In this document: positions 10,901 to 22,513 of the stretch, piece after piece
How the letters are laid out: every line of letters starts with the position of its first letter
Position numbering within the stretch: the first letter of the stretch is position 1
NCBI RefSeq assembly: GCF_046119375.1
Contig: NW_027362763.1
Span: 220,224,001-220,288,000, forward strand
DNA: 64,000 nucleotides
Source of the DNA: Phyllobates terribilis
Lineage: Eukaryota
Direction: 5' to 3'
The notes under the pieces: generated by a model
The model's database searches: none
What the model saw: the letters and a program-made list of their open reading frames with translations, nothing else
Told to the model about the DNA's origin: nothing
Made by a program: the position numbers and the translations under genes

Positions 10901-11611
10901 ATCATCACCCTGTGCGTTATCACACCCGTCGTCCTCAGAGCCAACCTGTTCCTGCCCTGACAAAAAACTAAAGTTGTCGCTCCAATCAGGTATTTGAGTC
11001 TTATCATCGTCTTCCTCATTGTCTCCACCAACAGGAGTTACAGTTTGGGAATGAGGGTCTACATTATGGTCAGAACCTTCTGCGTCTGGTCCTGGATCCG
11101 ACTCATAAAGATTCTGGGCATCAGTGCAGATCATTTCCTCGTCTGGATTCACAGAAGCGCTGGAGTCGACCTCTGATTCCCAGGCTATATTATGAGTAAA
11201 CAGCTCTGCAGACTCAACCATCTGTTCTACCTCATACTCAGACGGGCAGCTGGAGATTTGGGAGCTGTGAGGAAGCAAGTGCGATTTGGGTGACACCTTT
11301 GAGGACTGGAGTATTTGTGATGTTGAAGTTGATGTGGAGGAGAGCCCACTTAAAGGAGCACTTGATATCCGTTGAAGCACCTGCTGTTTTTGTGCCTCAT
11401 CTGGAATTTGTAGCGATTGGCGTGGCCGTAAGAAAGGGATCTTATCACATTGTCCGCTAAAAGAAGTAGACATTTTAGTTTGGCTGGAAGATGGTCTTTC
11501 TTCTGCAGATGTTACTGTTGCTTTAACACCTACCCCACGGACACAACCTTTTTTCCCCTTCCCAACACGCCTATTCCCCTTTCCACCAGCAGCAGGCCTT
11601 TTTCCACTCAT
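7910..11611 (-). CDS. hAT transposase (BED zinc finger, DDE RNase H-like fold, C-terminal dimerisation domain), 1233 aa, apparently intact
   Basis: BED finger AWAFF..CNIC..HMDMKH; catalytic D (FTTDTW), D (VCDNAAN), CxxH (PCMAHVLNL), PTRWNS and E (SVLSERVFS); uninterrupted ORF inside a TIR/TSD-bounded element. Confidence 0.95.
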   Translation of the reverse strand: MSGKRPAAGGKGNRRVGKGKKGCVRGVGVKATVTSAEERPSSSQTKMSTSFSGQCDKIPFLRPRQSLQIPDEAQKQQVLQRISSAPLSGLSSTSTSTSQILQSSKVSPKSHLLPHSSQISSCPSEYEVEQMVESAELFTHNIAWESEVDSSASVNPDEEMICTDAQNLYESDPGPDAEGSDHNVDPHSQTVTPVGGDNEEDDDKTQIPDWSDNFSFLSGQEQVGSEDDGCDNAQGDDDEVGDPTYCQPTVSQEMRSAEEVEEDASDDEVRLRLPGQRRSTGSTSTTASSNTTLPLTTSRGGSSGRMGAKPCIAWAFFQIDKDDPTRVICNICQQKLSRGQKIHSLSTSCMNRHMDMKHKLQWEAQCATMRPSRPGQPPSAISCASAASSSSVTGGTAVTPVLGRRSATSLPATASVIGRSSFSLEVVTPAGVERCPTSIAPPLDQGNLTCPPASSSQTGSLPGTPLSTPSKHNSQPSVPQMWTSKRAFPPSHEKAKRLNFTICKLLATEMLPFRLVDTEDFRDLMSVAVPQYQMPSRHYFSKKGVPALHQHVAHNITASLRNSVCDRVHFTTDTWTSRHGQGRYMSLTEHWVTMVTAGQGAAVQVLPSPRVVRQSSLCQSSSTASASSTSSRSSTCTQSLSGHATSFLTAQKGSCTPPYYAGSRAQRHQAVFTLKCLGNVSHTAEELWSALENQFHEWLSPLDLKPGKAVCDNAANLGAALRRGNVTHVPCMAHVLNLVVQQFLAHYPRLDGLLQRARSLCAHFRRSHPAAQRLTSLQKSLGLPLHRLKCDVPTRWNSTLHMLQRLWQHRQALVQYVLTYSLGQRDSEVGQITLKESPQIRDLCTLLHSIEMATKMFSADDAIISMTIPVIYMLEHMLNRIRSQVVAQEEVEEVEEEELYAEGLTSARSRRSAAPRRQACEGGGDGFTRAHGSSQTSEEGAGAQEEVEDELMEDSSDEGDLDHISVVRGWGERTEEGSMIVTSPPTQQGLGAPGCATHMSAFLLHYLQHDPRIVRIRNNPDYWVATLLDPRYKSKFAEIIPAIERDARMQEYQQRLLQNLTCAFPQNTSGARSESHSSNLPTVGPSSVQHSNRNRTTVSAGNINFAESFHHFFSPSFARPQETRSLTHSQRLEMMVQEYLQVNIEATTVSLDPCSFWASNLDKWPELATYALEILSCPAASVLSERVFSAAGGVLTDKRTRLSTDNVDRLTFIKMNKSWIRNDFSTPVSSWGE

Positions 11612-11714
11612 TTTGGTGGTTAACTAATTCACAACTCTGGAGTTGTTTGCACAAAAAAACAATGGATGGTAACCGAGCAGAGCTGAGTGGCCAAACTGTG
11701 GTATTAGGCCAAAA

Positions 11715-13680
11715 CTATTGGCTGGGTTAGATGCAGAAAAAAATTATTTTGAATTTGCAACCTGATGGAGGTCAGTATAGATGGACTAATAGAGAAAGTC
11801 CGACACACTACTAGAAGGCCAAATATTTTTTCAGAGGTAGATGCAGAAAAAAATATATTCAGTTTGCAACCTGATGGAGGTCAGTATAGATGGATTAATA
11901 GAACAAGACCCACACACAGCTAGAAGCCCAATATTTTTTCAGAGGTAGATGCAGAAAAAAATATATTCAGTTTGCAACCTGATGCAGGTCAGTATAGATG
12001 GACTAATAGAACAAGTCCCACACACTGCTAGAAGCCCAAATATTTTTTCAGAGGTACTGTAGATGCAGATAAAAATTAGTTTTAATTTGCAACCTGATGG
12101 AGGTCAGTATAGATGGACTAATAGAGAAAGTCTGACACACTACTAGAAGGCCAAATATTTTTTCAGAGGTAGATGCAGAAAAAAATATATTCAGTTTGCA
12201 ACCTGATGGAGGTCAGTATAGATGGACTAATACAACAAGTCCCGCACACAGCTAGAAGCCCAAATATTTTTTCAGAGGTACTGTAGATGCAGATAAAAAT
12301 TATTTTTAATTTGCAACCTGATGGAGGTCAGTATAGATGGACTAATAGAGAAAGTCCGACACACTACTAGAAGGCCAAATATTTTTTCAGAGGTAGATGC
12401 AGAAAAAAATATATTCAGTTTGCAACCTGATGGAGGTCAGTATAGATGGACTAATAGAACAAGTCCCACACACTGCTAGAAGCCCAAATATTTTTTCAGA
12501 GGTACTGTAGATGCAGATAAAAATTAGTTTTAATTTGCAACCTGATGGAGGTCAGTATAGATGGACTAATAGAGAAAGTCCGACACACTACTAGAAGGCC
12601 AAATATTTTTTCAGAGCTAGATGCAGAAAAAAATTATATTCAGTTTTCAACCTGATGGAGGTCAGTATAGATGGACTAATAGAGAAAGTCCGACACACTA
12701 CTAGAAGGCCAAATATTTTTTCAGAGCTAGATGCAGAAAAAAATATATTCAGTTTGCAACCTGATGGAGGTCAGTATAGATGGATTAATAGAACAAGACC
12801 CACACACAGCTAGAAGCCCAATATTTTTTCAGAGGTAGATGGAGAAAAAACTATATTCAGTTTGCAACCTGATGGAGGTCAGTATAGATGGACTAATAGA
12901 ACAAGTCCCACACACTGCTAGAAGCCCAAATATTTTTTCAGAGGTACTGTAGATGCAGATAAAAATTAGTTTTAATTTGCAACCTGATGGAGGTCAGTAT
13001 AGATGGACTAATAGAGAAAGTCCGACACACTACTAGAAGGCCAAATATTTTTTCAGAGGTAGATGCAGAAAAAAATATATTCAGTTTGCAACCTGATGGA
13101 GGTCAGTATAGATGGATTAATAGAACAAGACCCACACACAGCTAGAAGCCCAATATTTTTTCAGAGGTAGATGCAGAAAAAAATATTTTCAGTTTGCAAC
13201 CTGATGGAGGTCAGTATAGATGGACTAATAGAACAAGTCCCACACACTGCTAGAAGCCCAAATATTTTTTCAGAGGTACTGTAGATGCAGATAAAAATTA
13301 GTTTTAATTTGCAACCTGATGGAGGTCAGTATAGATGGACTAATAGAGAAAGTCCGACACAATACTAGAAGGCCAAATATTTTTTCAGAGGTAGATGCAG
13401 AAAAAAATATATTCAGTTTGCAACCTGATGGAGGTCAGTATAGATGGATTAATAGAACAAGACCCACACACAGCTAGAAGCCCAATATTTTTTCAGAGGT
13501 AGATGCAGAAAAAAATATATTCAGTTTGCAACCTGATGGAGGTCAGTATAGATGGACTAATAGAACAAGTCCCACACACTGCTAGAAGCACAAATATTTT
13601 TTCAGAGGTACTGTAGATGCAGATAAAAATTAGTTTTAATTTGCAACCTGATGGAGGTCAGTATAGATGGACTAATAGAA
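11715..13680. repeat. Tandem satellite, ~108-115-bp units, about 18 copies, three alternating variants
   Basis: GCAACCTGATGGAGGTCAGTATAGATGG recurs at 11757, 11866, 11974, 12089, 12198 and onward. Confidence 0.95.
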
Positions 13681-15146
13681 TGATGCTATGCCCAAAAGAT
13701 TTTACTTCACTAGGTGCAGTAAAAAAATTGGTATTCTATACACAGGTGGTATATCTTGCAACACAGATAGGCTACTCCACTGACTAACACACTCTGCAAT
13801 AGGCCAAAAAGGATTAGCTTTGCTAGATTCAGCCAAATGCTGTGAAAAAAACTTGCACAGCACTGGCACAGACCTGCCTGGCAAAAACTGATAGGAACTC
13901 ATGTAACCTAGTCCTGAAAAGAACTGCAATTACAATTAGTCTTTACTCCCACAACCGATCTATTTAAGAGCACAGACCTCCCTGATAAAAGTCGTAGGAA
14001 ATGTTGTAACCTAGTCCTTAAAAGGACTGCAATCACAACTATTCCCTACTCCCAAGCTATCTGTATATTTGTGCGAAAATTGGCTTGAAATTAACAAGGT
14101 ATAGCGCACACAGCAACAGCGGTGCCGTCTAACACGCAGCTGCAGCAGTGAGAAAATGGTGGCGTCGGGGAAAATGGCTTGGTCTTATAGGGCAAGGACA
14201 TGTGACATACACTGCCAATGACACATGCCCTTGCTTGTGTGAAAAAAAGCACTTCGCTCCGTGTGTGCGCTGCTGATAGGCTGACAGATTGCACCTCCCC
14301 ACTGTAAATGCGGGAAAGAGAAAAAAAAATGGAGATCTTCATTGTTCCTGCAGAGATCCATCCCCTGCCCCTCCCCCCACCCCGCTGTACACTCAAACTG
14401 CGTATTAACATTAATTTTCATCATTACTGAGAAAAAATCCAGTTATGATTTTGGTGCACGAACAGTTATCGAACATAACCTCGAACAGCCGAATTTTTCT
14501 CAAATTGTTCGTGTTCGCCGAACGGCTCGAACACCGCCCAAAACAGCTCGAATTTGAGATTGGCGAACAGTTCGAGTAGAACAACGCTCATCTCTACTAA
14601 AGGGTTAAAAGTAAATAGAGTTTTTTGGAGGGAATAATGTTTTTCCAGGTGGGTTTTGCCGCCACAGCAGCATGGTCTGGATTGGCTGCGGATCCCAACC
14701 AGTAGTGAGGTGTCGCAGGGGAAGATTGCGTTTCTTCCCCTGGCGACACCTGCTGATAGGGGAGTTATTTTGTAAATAAAATAAGTGGTGGGGGTATATA
14801 GTGACTGGCAGCGCCGATGAGCTTGTCAGTCCTCGGCGCTGCCATAAGAAATTGCTGACTCACCCTCCCTTCCCCCTTTATTTTGCCTTAAGGTTTCATT
14901 TTACTAGTCACGGCCTGAGGGGTTAGTCGTTCGGGGAACCGAATGGACAATAAGTTATAGGTAATGTAAACGGGCTTGAGCTTTGGCTCAGCTGTGGTTG
15001 TTTATAATTATAGCGTTATTATTTGAAGTTACCTGTATTATATGTTTTTAATAAAGGCCGTGGCCAATTAGTCTTCCAAGCAAGTCAAGTGTGTCGGTGT
15101 AATTTTGTTTAATCATAGATAAGTTTAAGGTATGGTTTGTGCATTG

Positions 15147-15480
15147 TAATGCCAAGAGAGGGAGGTACTTTATCTACAGATTTATTTGTAAAACCTACTG
15201 ATAGAAACAATCTATAGCATTTTTTCCAGTTGTCACCCCCTGTTCACTAAGAAAGTGTTTCCCACTTCCCAATTTCAAAGGGTCAATAGAATTGTCTCTG
15301 AGTCAATTAAAGAACAGCATCTGGATGAGATATCTAATAATTTTACATTAAGGGGCTATCTAGAAAGGGTATTACAACTGGATAGGAAAAACCACCCGTG
15401 AAAATGGGTCCAATCAAATCAAAGTATAGCTTTCGTCCACACCTATCACCTGTTTTCAAATAAAATCCATAAGGCGAAAC
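15147..15480 (+). pseudogene. Penelope-like RT C-terminal (thumb) fragment, continuation of 2905-3351
   Basis: GGTLSTDLFVKPTDRNNL, SQFQRVNRIVSE, ..RGY and AFVHTYH motifs. Confidence 0.75.
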
Positions 15481-15524
15481 TGTAATGACCTGGGAAATCA
15501 TAATGGCAGGTCAGTTTTAGCATT

Positions 15525-15796
15525 TAGTGAATATGGTAAATAAACAAACAAAAAAACATTTGTCGAATTGCACTTTTTTTGCAATTTCGCCGCACTTTGA
15601 ATTTTTTTCCTGTTTTCCAGTACACGATATGGTAAAACCAATTGTGTCATTCAAAAGTACAAATCATCTCGCAAAAAAAACAAGCCCTCACATGACCATA
15701 TTGACAGAAAAATAAAAAAATTATGGCTTTGGGAAGACAGGGAGCAAAAAATGAAAATGCAAAATACGAAAAAGCCCAATGTGGTAAAAGGGTTAA
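15525..15796. mobile_element. Terminal fragment of a TTAA-flanked (piggyBac-like) non-autonomous element
   Basis: Ends AAGGGTTAA; similar to AT-rich internal sequence of 16116-20108. Confidence 0.5.
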
Positions 15797-16115
15797 AGAA
15801 CTTTTTAGATAACTGAACAATTATTTTGATCCCTTTAAAAAGAGGCAGGAAAATTGCCTGGTCATGAAGGGGTTAAGACATTAATTAAATAACTAGTGAA
15901 GAATTTGCAGCACTCGTCAATAAATTCAATATGCTGTATTTCATAATGCCGCAGTTGTGCAGGATAAGCAGAGCTTATAAAATAGTTAAGTCAAAACATA
16001 TTTATGGACTAACAAAAATTATCATACTTGTTGTTAATCTAATCTCACAATTTCTTAATTAATGAAAAATTAAATAGATTTTCAAGAAGCAAAGATCAAA
16101 TACACATATCATTAA

Positions 16116-19100
16116 CCCCTTAACGGCTGCCGTAACTCATTTTTACGGCAGTCATTAAGGGTACTTATGCCTCTCCGCCGAGAAAATGGGTCGCTGAGGC
16201 ATAAGTGAATAGCGCCGTCTAATGGCGGCGATTCCCACTGGTGTCAGCTGTATTTGACAGTTGACATTCTGCAGTATATGCCCTGGATGGTTTTGATGCC
16301 GATTGGGGCTGATTAACCCCTTAAATACTGCTGTCAATCATGACAGCGGTATTTAAGTGGTTACAAGGGGGTCTTGCGGCCCCCTTGGTGACTATCGGAC
16401 CTCCGCGATGAGAGTCACGGGTCCCGATGGTTACCATGGTACCCTAAGATCATGTGATGATCCAAGGGTACGGTGGCCTGTGAGATCCAGCAATAAGCTG
16501 GATCTCACAGGCAGAGTCAGTAAGTTCAGTGACTCACTGACAGGTCTCATGCACTGCAGTTCAGGAGTACTGCAGAGTATGAGACCAGCGATCAAAGTGA
16601 AAATCCACAGTGGGACTTAGTGAAAAAGTAAAAAAAAGTAGTGAAAAAGTAAAAAAAAGTGTAACAAAATGTGTAAAAAAGTAAAAAAGCACACAAAAAA
16701 GTGCACACAAATCACTAAAATCCATTTCGCCACTCAAAACGCAGGCTTTGTGATAAAACAAAAATAAACAAAAAAACTTACAAATAATTGGTTTTGCCAC
16801 ATCCAGAACGACCCATTCTATAAAACTGTCACGCTATTTAATCCGTTTGGCGAACATCGTAAAAATAGTAAATAAAAAATATGCCAAAAATTACCTTTTT
16901 CATTATACTGACAAAAAAATGAATTAAATGCAATCAAAATCAAGCTATAATATGGCGGCCAAAAAATAAAAAAGTTAGAGCTCTCAGAATGCGAAGATGC
17001 AAAATCAAATTCTTTTCTGTAAAATACAGTTTTTAGTGTGTAAAAATAGCAAAGCATAAAAAAAAAATAAAAAAATCTGGTATCGCTGTAATCGTACCAA
17101 CCCGACAAATAAATTGGTAAGATCATTTTTACCACATGGTGAAAGGCACAAAAAATAAAAAATAAAACAATAACTGAATTACTGGTTTTTATTCATTCTG
17201 TGTCTAAAAAATTTGAATAAATGTGATCAAAACTTACTATGTGCCCCAAAATGGTACCAAAAAAATCTGCAACTTGTCCCGCAAAAAATAAGCCATCATA
17301 TAGTTCTGTTCACCAAAAAATAAAAAAGTTACAGATCTCAGAACATGGTGATGAAAATAACAACTTTTTATATAAAAATAAGAATTTTTTTGTGTGATAG
17401 CAGCAAAACCTAAAAAACCCCGATATAAATCTTGTATTGCTGTAATCGCACCGAACCGAAGAATAAATCCGCTTAATCACTTATATCGCATGGTGAACTG
17501 CGCAAAACTAAGAATAAGGACTGTTCTTGTACTACTGTCTATTTCTTCATTCTGCCTCCAAAATAATCGGAATGAGGCTCGGCTCACGTTTATCCTGCGC
17601 TCTCTGCTGAGCACTTATGTCGGGGTTTCCTTGTAAATTCACCAAAACCGCAATTCAGACAAAAAACCCAGATAGAGACACTCACTTATGAGGCTGATGG
17701 AGTCCCTTTTGACTGGTCTCTTTTCCAGTGGTGTCCCATCATATTAGGCTTTTTTTTAGCGCACAAGAGTGGACGACCACAGATCTGTGCATGTCTAAAA
17801 AGATGGAGACCACCAGAGCAGATGTCAAACAGACTCCAAAGTGTCTCCATCTGCCTCTTTGAGCTGGGTAGTTCCCTTGGGGGTTTTGTCTGAATCGCAT
17901 TTTTGTGGAATTTACACGGAAACTACAACGTACATGCTCAGCGCAGACTGGCGATCCAGTATTATTCTGGAAACAATCGAAAATTATATACCCCAAAATG
18001 TAACCAATTAAAACCCTAATTTATCCCACACAAAACCAGCCCCCTCTCAGGTCCATCTTCTGTCACTGGAACTATAGGAGGTCCCACATTACTAGTAGAA
18101 CAAACACTCTGGAAAAAAGACAGCTCCCACCCCCTCAAATAAATTCCAGTGAATTTGACGCTCTCAAATCCAAATACCCCCCTCCTTCTGAGCCCCACTA
18201 TGCCTAAACCGCAGTAAGCGGCCACATGTTTGGCATTATTGTAGCAGGGAGAGCGCACTTAACAATTTACGGGGTGTTTGTCACCGGGAGAAATGTATGG
18301 GGGCGCTACAAAATATGTGGACACTACACTTTATGGGGGCACAATGTATGGGCACTAAACTGAGATATTAGGAATTCTCCAGAATAAAGTCTGGCATGGA
18401 TGTTACATAATATTCTCTGCATCAGTTGATGAATTCATTGCGTTGTGTAATTTATACAATGGGGTCAATTTTTATTTTTTTTTTCTGGAACCTTTGGGGC
18501 TCCGCAAATGTCACCCACAAACTATTCTACTAAAATCTGTGCTCCGAAAGCCAAATAGTGCTCCTTCCTTCTCAGCCCTGACGTGTGGCCTAACAGTAAT
18601 GTCTGATGACATATGGGGCATCATCACGTTCGGGAGGAAATCATAACAAATTATGGGGTCCGTTTTCTTCTATTATCCATTGTAAAAATTACAAAATTGG
18701 GGCTAAAACTACATTTTCGTGAAAAAAAATTAAAATTTTCAATATGACGACCTAATGTTATAAAATTCTGTGTAGTAACGGTGTGTTCAAAATTCTCACT
18801 GCTTACCTGGATAAAATCCTTGAGGGGTATAGTTTCCAAAATGCGGTAACCTGTCAGGGTTTTCCACTGATTAGGCACATCAGGGGCTCTCCAAATGCGA
18901 AATGACACCCACAGACCATTCCATCAATGTCTGCATTCCAAACGTCACTCCTTCCTTTCCAAGCCCTGCCGTGAGCCTAAAGAATAGTTTTCCCCTACAA
19001 ATGAGGTATGTCTGTACTCAGGAGCAATTGCACAACAAATTTTGGGGTTCGTTTTTCCTGTTACCCTTGTGAAAATAAAAAAATTGGAGGTAAAAGAAAA

Positions 19101-20108
19101 ACTTTGTGGAAAAAAATTAGATTTCTTAATTTCATGGCTCTGTGTTATAAACTTCTGTGAAGCACCTGGCGGTTCAAGGTGCTAAACACAAATCTAGATA
19201 AGTTTCCTGAGGGGTCTACTTTCAAAAATGTGGTCACTTGTGGTGGTTTCCACTGTTTAGGCACATTAGTGGCTCCTCGAAAGCGACATGGCGTCTGCTA
19301 ATTTTAAAGCAAATTTTACATTCAAAAAGTCAAAAGGCGCTCGTTCCATTACGAGCCCCGCCGTGCACCCAAACAGTGGTTTTCCCCCACACATGGAGTA
19401 TCGGTGTGCTCAGGAGAAATTGAATGACACATTTTGTGGTCCATTTTCTCTCATTACCCTTGTGAAAATAAAAAAATTGGGTGTGAAATATAGATTTTGT
19501 GAAAAAAAGTTAAATGTTCATTTTTTCCTTCCACGTTGTTTCAGTTCCTGTGAAGCACCTGAACAGTTAGTAAACTTCTTGAATGTGGTTTTGAGCACCT
19601 TGAGGGGTGTAGTTTTTAGAATGGTGTCACTTTTGGGTATTTTCTGTCATGTACACTCCTCAAAGTCACTTCAAATGTGATGTGGTCCCTAAAAAAAATG
19701 ATTTTATAAATTTTGTTGGAAAAATATGAAATCGCTGGTCAACTTTTAACCCTTATAACTTCCTAACAAAAAATAAATTATTTAAAAAATTGTGCTGTGG
19801 GAAATGTTATTAATTAACTATTTTATGTGACATATCTCTTTGATTTAAGAGCATAACAATTCAAAGTTTGAAAATTGAAAAATTTTAAAAAATTTTAAAA
19901 AATTTCCATTCTTTTCACAAATAAATGCAAATCATATCAAATAAATTTTACCACTATCATGAAGTACAATATGTCACAAAGAAACAGTCTCAGAATCAGA
20001 GGGATCCATTGAAGCGTTCCAGAGTTATTACCTCATAAAGTTACACTGGTCAAAATTGTAAAATTTGGCATGGTTATTAAGGACATTTTTGGCTCTATCC
20101 TCAAGGGG
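16116..20108. mobile_element. Non-autonomous piggyBac-like element (~4 kb) with internal degenerate repeats
   Basis: TTAA at both sides (16112-16115, 20109-20112); CCCCTT / AAGGGG termini; no transposase ORF; repeated internal blocks ~18500-19700. Confidence 0.7.
17577..17960. mobile_element. MITE (PIF/Harbinger-like) nested in the piggyBac-like element
   Basis: GC-richer insert with internal inverted repeat GCAATTCAGACAAAAAACCC / GGGTTTTGTCTGAATCGC; boundaries approximate. Confidence 0.45.
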
Positions 20109-20771
20109 TTAAAACATCGCTATTAATCAAAAAGAAATGAAACAGAAAACACCCTCATTGTCTCTAATCAATGCTATAAGTTTCATGAAATTCAGGAAAA
20201 TCATTAAAAAAAATCATATATTCAACATAAATCGATAGACAAGTAATAAAGTCCTTCATAGATAATTCTTCACCACCAACATTAATATATTTTGAAGTCA
20301 TAAACTGAGAACAAAATGAACAATTGCCAAATCTAAGTATACTAACCCTGTATTACCACACATCTTTGCCAGTTTCTAGCATTTTCATGTTTCCTGTGGA
20401 TCAACCTCCCACAATTTCATCTATTATGTTACTACACTTATGGGATGCAACTATAAAGGGGATACATTTTCTATATATTAAAACTAGGTCATCTAAAATT
20501 AAATATCAATTCCAGTGCTCCAAACGGTATCTAATAAAAAGAACAAATAATTTGAACCACTTTTTAGCCCTTTAAGGTAAACACAGCCTCATTAATGTCC
20601 AAGTGACCTCAATCTATCTGGATAGGGAAAAATCGACTAATAACCTTTAGTAATCAACAGACTATTTAACAACACACTGTAGTTTCAGACTTTTTAGGCT
20701 TCTTAAATGGAAAAAATGGAACAAATTATCTATTTCTGGTGGCAGATGCCTGCCATGCTGGTTTTTATATA

Positions 20772-22341
20772 CACTGCTCAAAAAAATAAAAGTAACACTT
20801 AAACAACACAATGTAACTCCAAGTCAATAACACTTCTGTGAAATCTTCCTGTCCAGTTATGAAGCAACACTGATTGTAAATTAATTTCTCCTGCTGTTGT
20901 GCAAATGGAACAGACAGCTGGTAGAAATGATAGGCAATTAGCAAGATACCCCCTATAAAGGAGCTGTTCTGCAGGTGGTGACCACAGACTATTTCTCTGT
21001 TCTCATCCTTTTTGGCTGTTGTTTTGGTCTCTTTTTCATTTTGAAATTGCGCTCACCCCTAGAGGTACAGTAGCATGAGGCGGTGTCTACAGTACAACCC
21101 ACAGAAGTTGCTAAGGTAGTGCAGCTCATCAAGGATGGCACATCAGGGTGAGCTGTGGCAAGAAGGGTAGCTGTGTCTGTCAGCACAGTGTCCAGAGCAT
21201 GGAGCATATACCAGAAGATGTGGAGGGAGCCATAGAAGGGCAAAAACCCAGCAGCATGACCATTACCTCCTCCTTTGTGCAAGGAGGAAAAGGAGGAGCA
21301 CTGCCAGAGCCCTGCAAAATGATCTCCAGCAGGCCAGAAATGTGCATGTGTCTGCACAAACAGTTAGAAACCGACTCCATGAGGGTGGTATGAGGGCCCG
21401 ACGTCCACAGATGGGGGTTGTGCTCACAGCCCAACACCGTGCAGGATGCTTGGCATTTGCCACAGAACACCAGGATTGGCAAAGTCACCACTGGTGCCCT
21501 GTGCTCTTTACAGATGAAAGCAGGTTCACCCTGAGCACATGTGACAGACGTGACAGAGTCTGGAGACGCCGTGGAGAGCGATCTGCTGCCTGCAACATCC
21601 TTCAGCTTGACCGGTTTGGCAGTGGGTCAGTAATGGTGTGGGGTGGCATTTCTTTGGAGGGCCGCACAGCCCTCCATGTGCTCGCCAGAGGTAGCCTGAC
21701 TGCCATTAGGTACCGAGATGAGATCCTCAGACCCCTTGTGAGACCATATGCTGGTGCGGTTGGTCCTGGTTCCTCCTAATGCAGGACAATGCCACACCTC
21801 ATGTGGCTGGAGTGTGTCAGCAGTTCCTGCAAGATGAAGGCATTGAAGCTATGGACTGGCCCACCCGTTTCGCAGACCTGTATCCGATTGAGCACATCTG
21901 GGACATCAAGTCTCGCTCCATCCACCAACATCACGTTGCACCACAGACTGTCCAGGAGTTGGCGGATGCTTTAGTCCAGGTCTGGGAGGATATACCATAG
22001 GAGACCATCCGCAACCTCATCAGTAGCATACCCAGGCATTGTAGGGAGGTGATACAAGCACGTGGAGGCCTCACACAATACTGAGCCTCATTTTCACTTG
22101 TTTTAAGGACATTACATCAAAGTTGGATCAGCCTGTAGTATGTTTTTCTACTTGAATTTTGGGGGTGACTCCAAATCCAGGCATCCATTGGTTAATAAAT
22201 TTGATTTCCATTGATGATTTTTGTGTGATTTTGTTGTCAGCACATTCCACTTTATACAGAACAAAGTATTCAATGAGAATATTTGATTCATTCAGTTCTA
22301 GGATGTGTTATTTGAGTGTTCACTTTATTTTTTGAGCAGTG
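20772..22341 (+). mobile_element. Full-length Tc1 element (DD34E), transposase ~21076-22083 disrupted
   Basis: TA TSDs; TIRs CACTGCTCAAAAAA(A)TAAA; [16 protein letters not shown]-x-DLYPIEHIW with 34 residues between D and E; frameshifts and stops. Confidence 0.95.
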
Positions 22342-22482
22342 TATAATAGAACAGGGCACTCCTGCTAAAGGTAAACAAGTGGGGGACCAATCCGTACTCA
22401 AATATATGAAGAATTTTGCACTCAAACATGTATTTTAATATAGAGAAGTGTTTAATAGCAATACACAGTGAAACATATATAT

Positions 22483-22513
22483 GACGTTTCAGTCTTTACT
22501 AGACCTTCCTCAG
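22483..22513 (-). ncRNA. Minimal hammerhead-ribozyme-like motif (Penelope terminal-repeat type)
   Basis: Minus strand reads CTGAGGA-AGGTCT-AGTAA-AGACT-GAAAC-GTC: CUGANGA and GAAA core, short stem II, palindromic ACGT stem III, GUC; stem I is weak. Confidence 0.5.

Larger units (their letters stand above)
3434..14596 (-). mobile_element. Large autonomous hAT DNA transposon (11,163 bp)
   Basis: Perfect 8-bp TSD CTAAAGGG (3426-3433, 14597-14604); imperfect TIRs TAGTGTTGAGC / TAGAGATGAGC; GTTCG/CGAAC-rich subterminal repeats; internal transposase ORF. Confidence 0.95.
3352..15146 (+). mobile_element. Possible DIRS/Ngaro-like terminal-repeat fragment (3352-3433 plus 14605-15146), split by the hAT element
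   Basis: Non-Penelope sequence sitting between Penelope RT motifs FLDT and TLSTDLFVKP; ends in an AATAAAGGCCGTGGCCAATT..CCAAG motif resembling amphibian DIRS-type termini. Family assignment is from recall, not a search. Confidence 0.35.

Noticed and set aside
20300-20700. Possible L1 3' fragment on the minus strand
   Set aside because: Too degenerate to support from motifs by eye.
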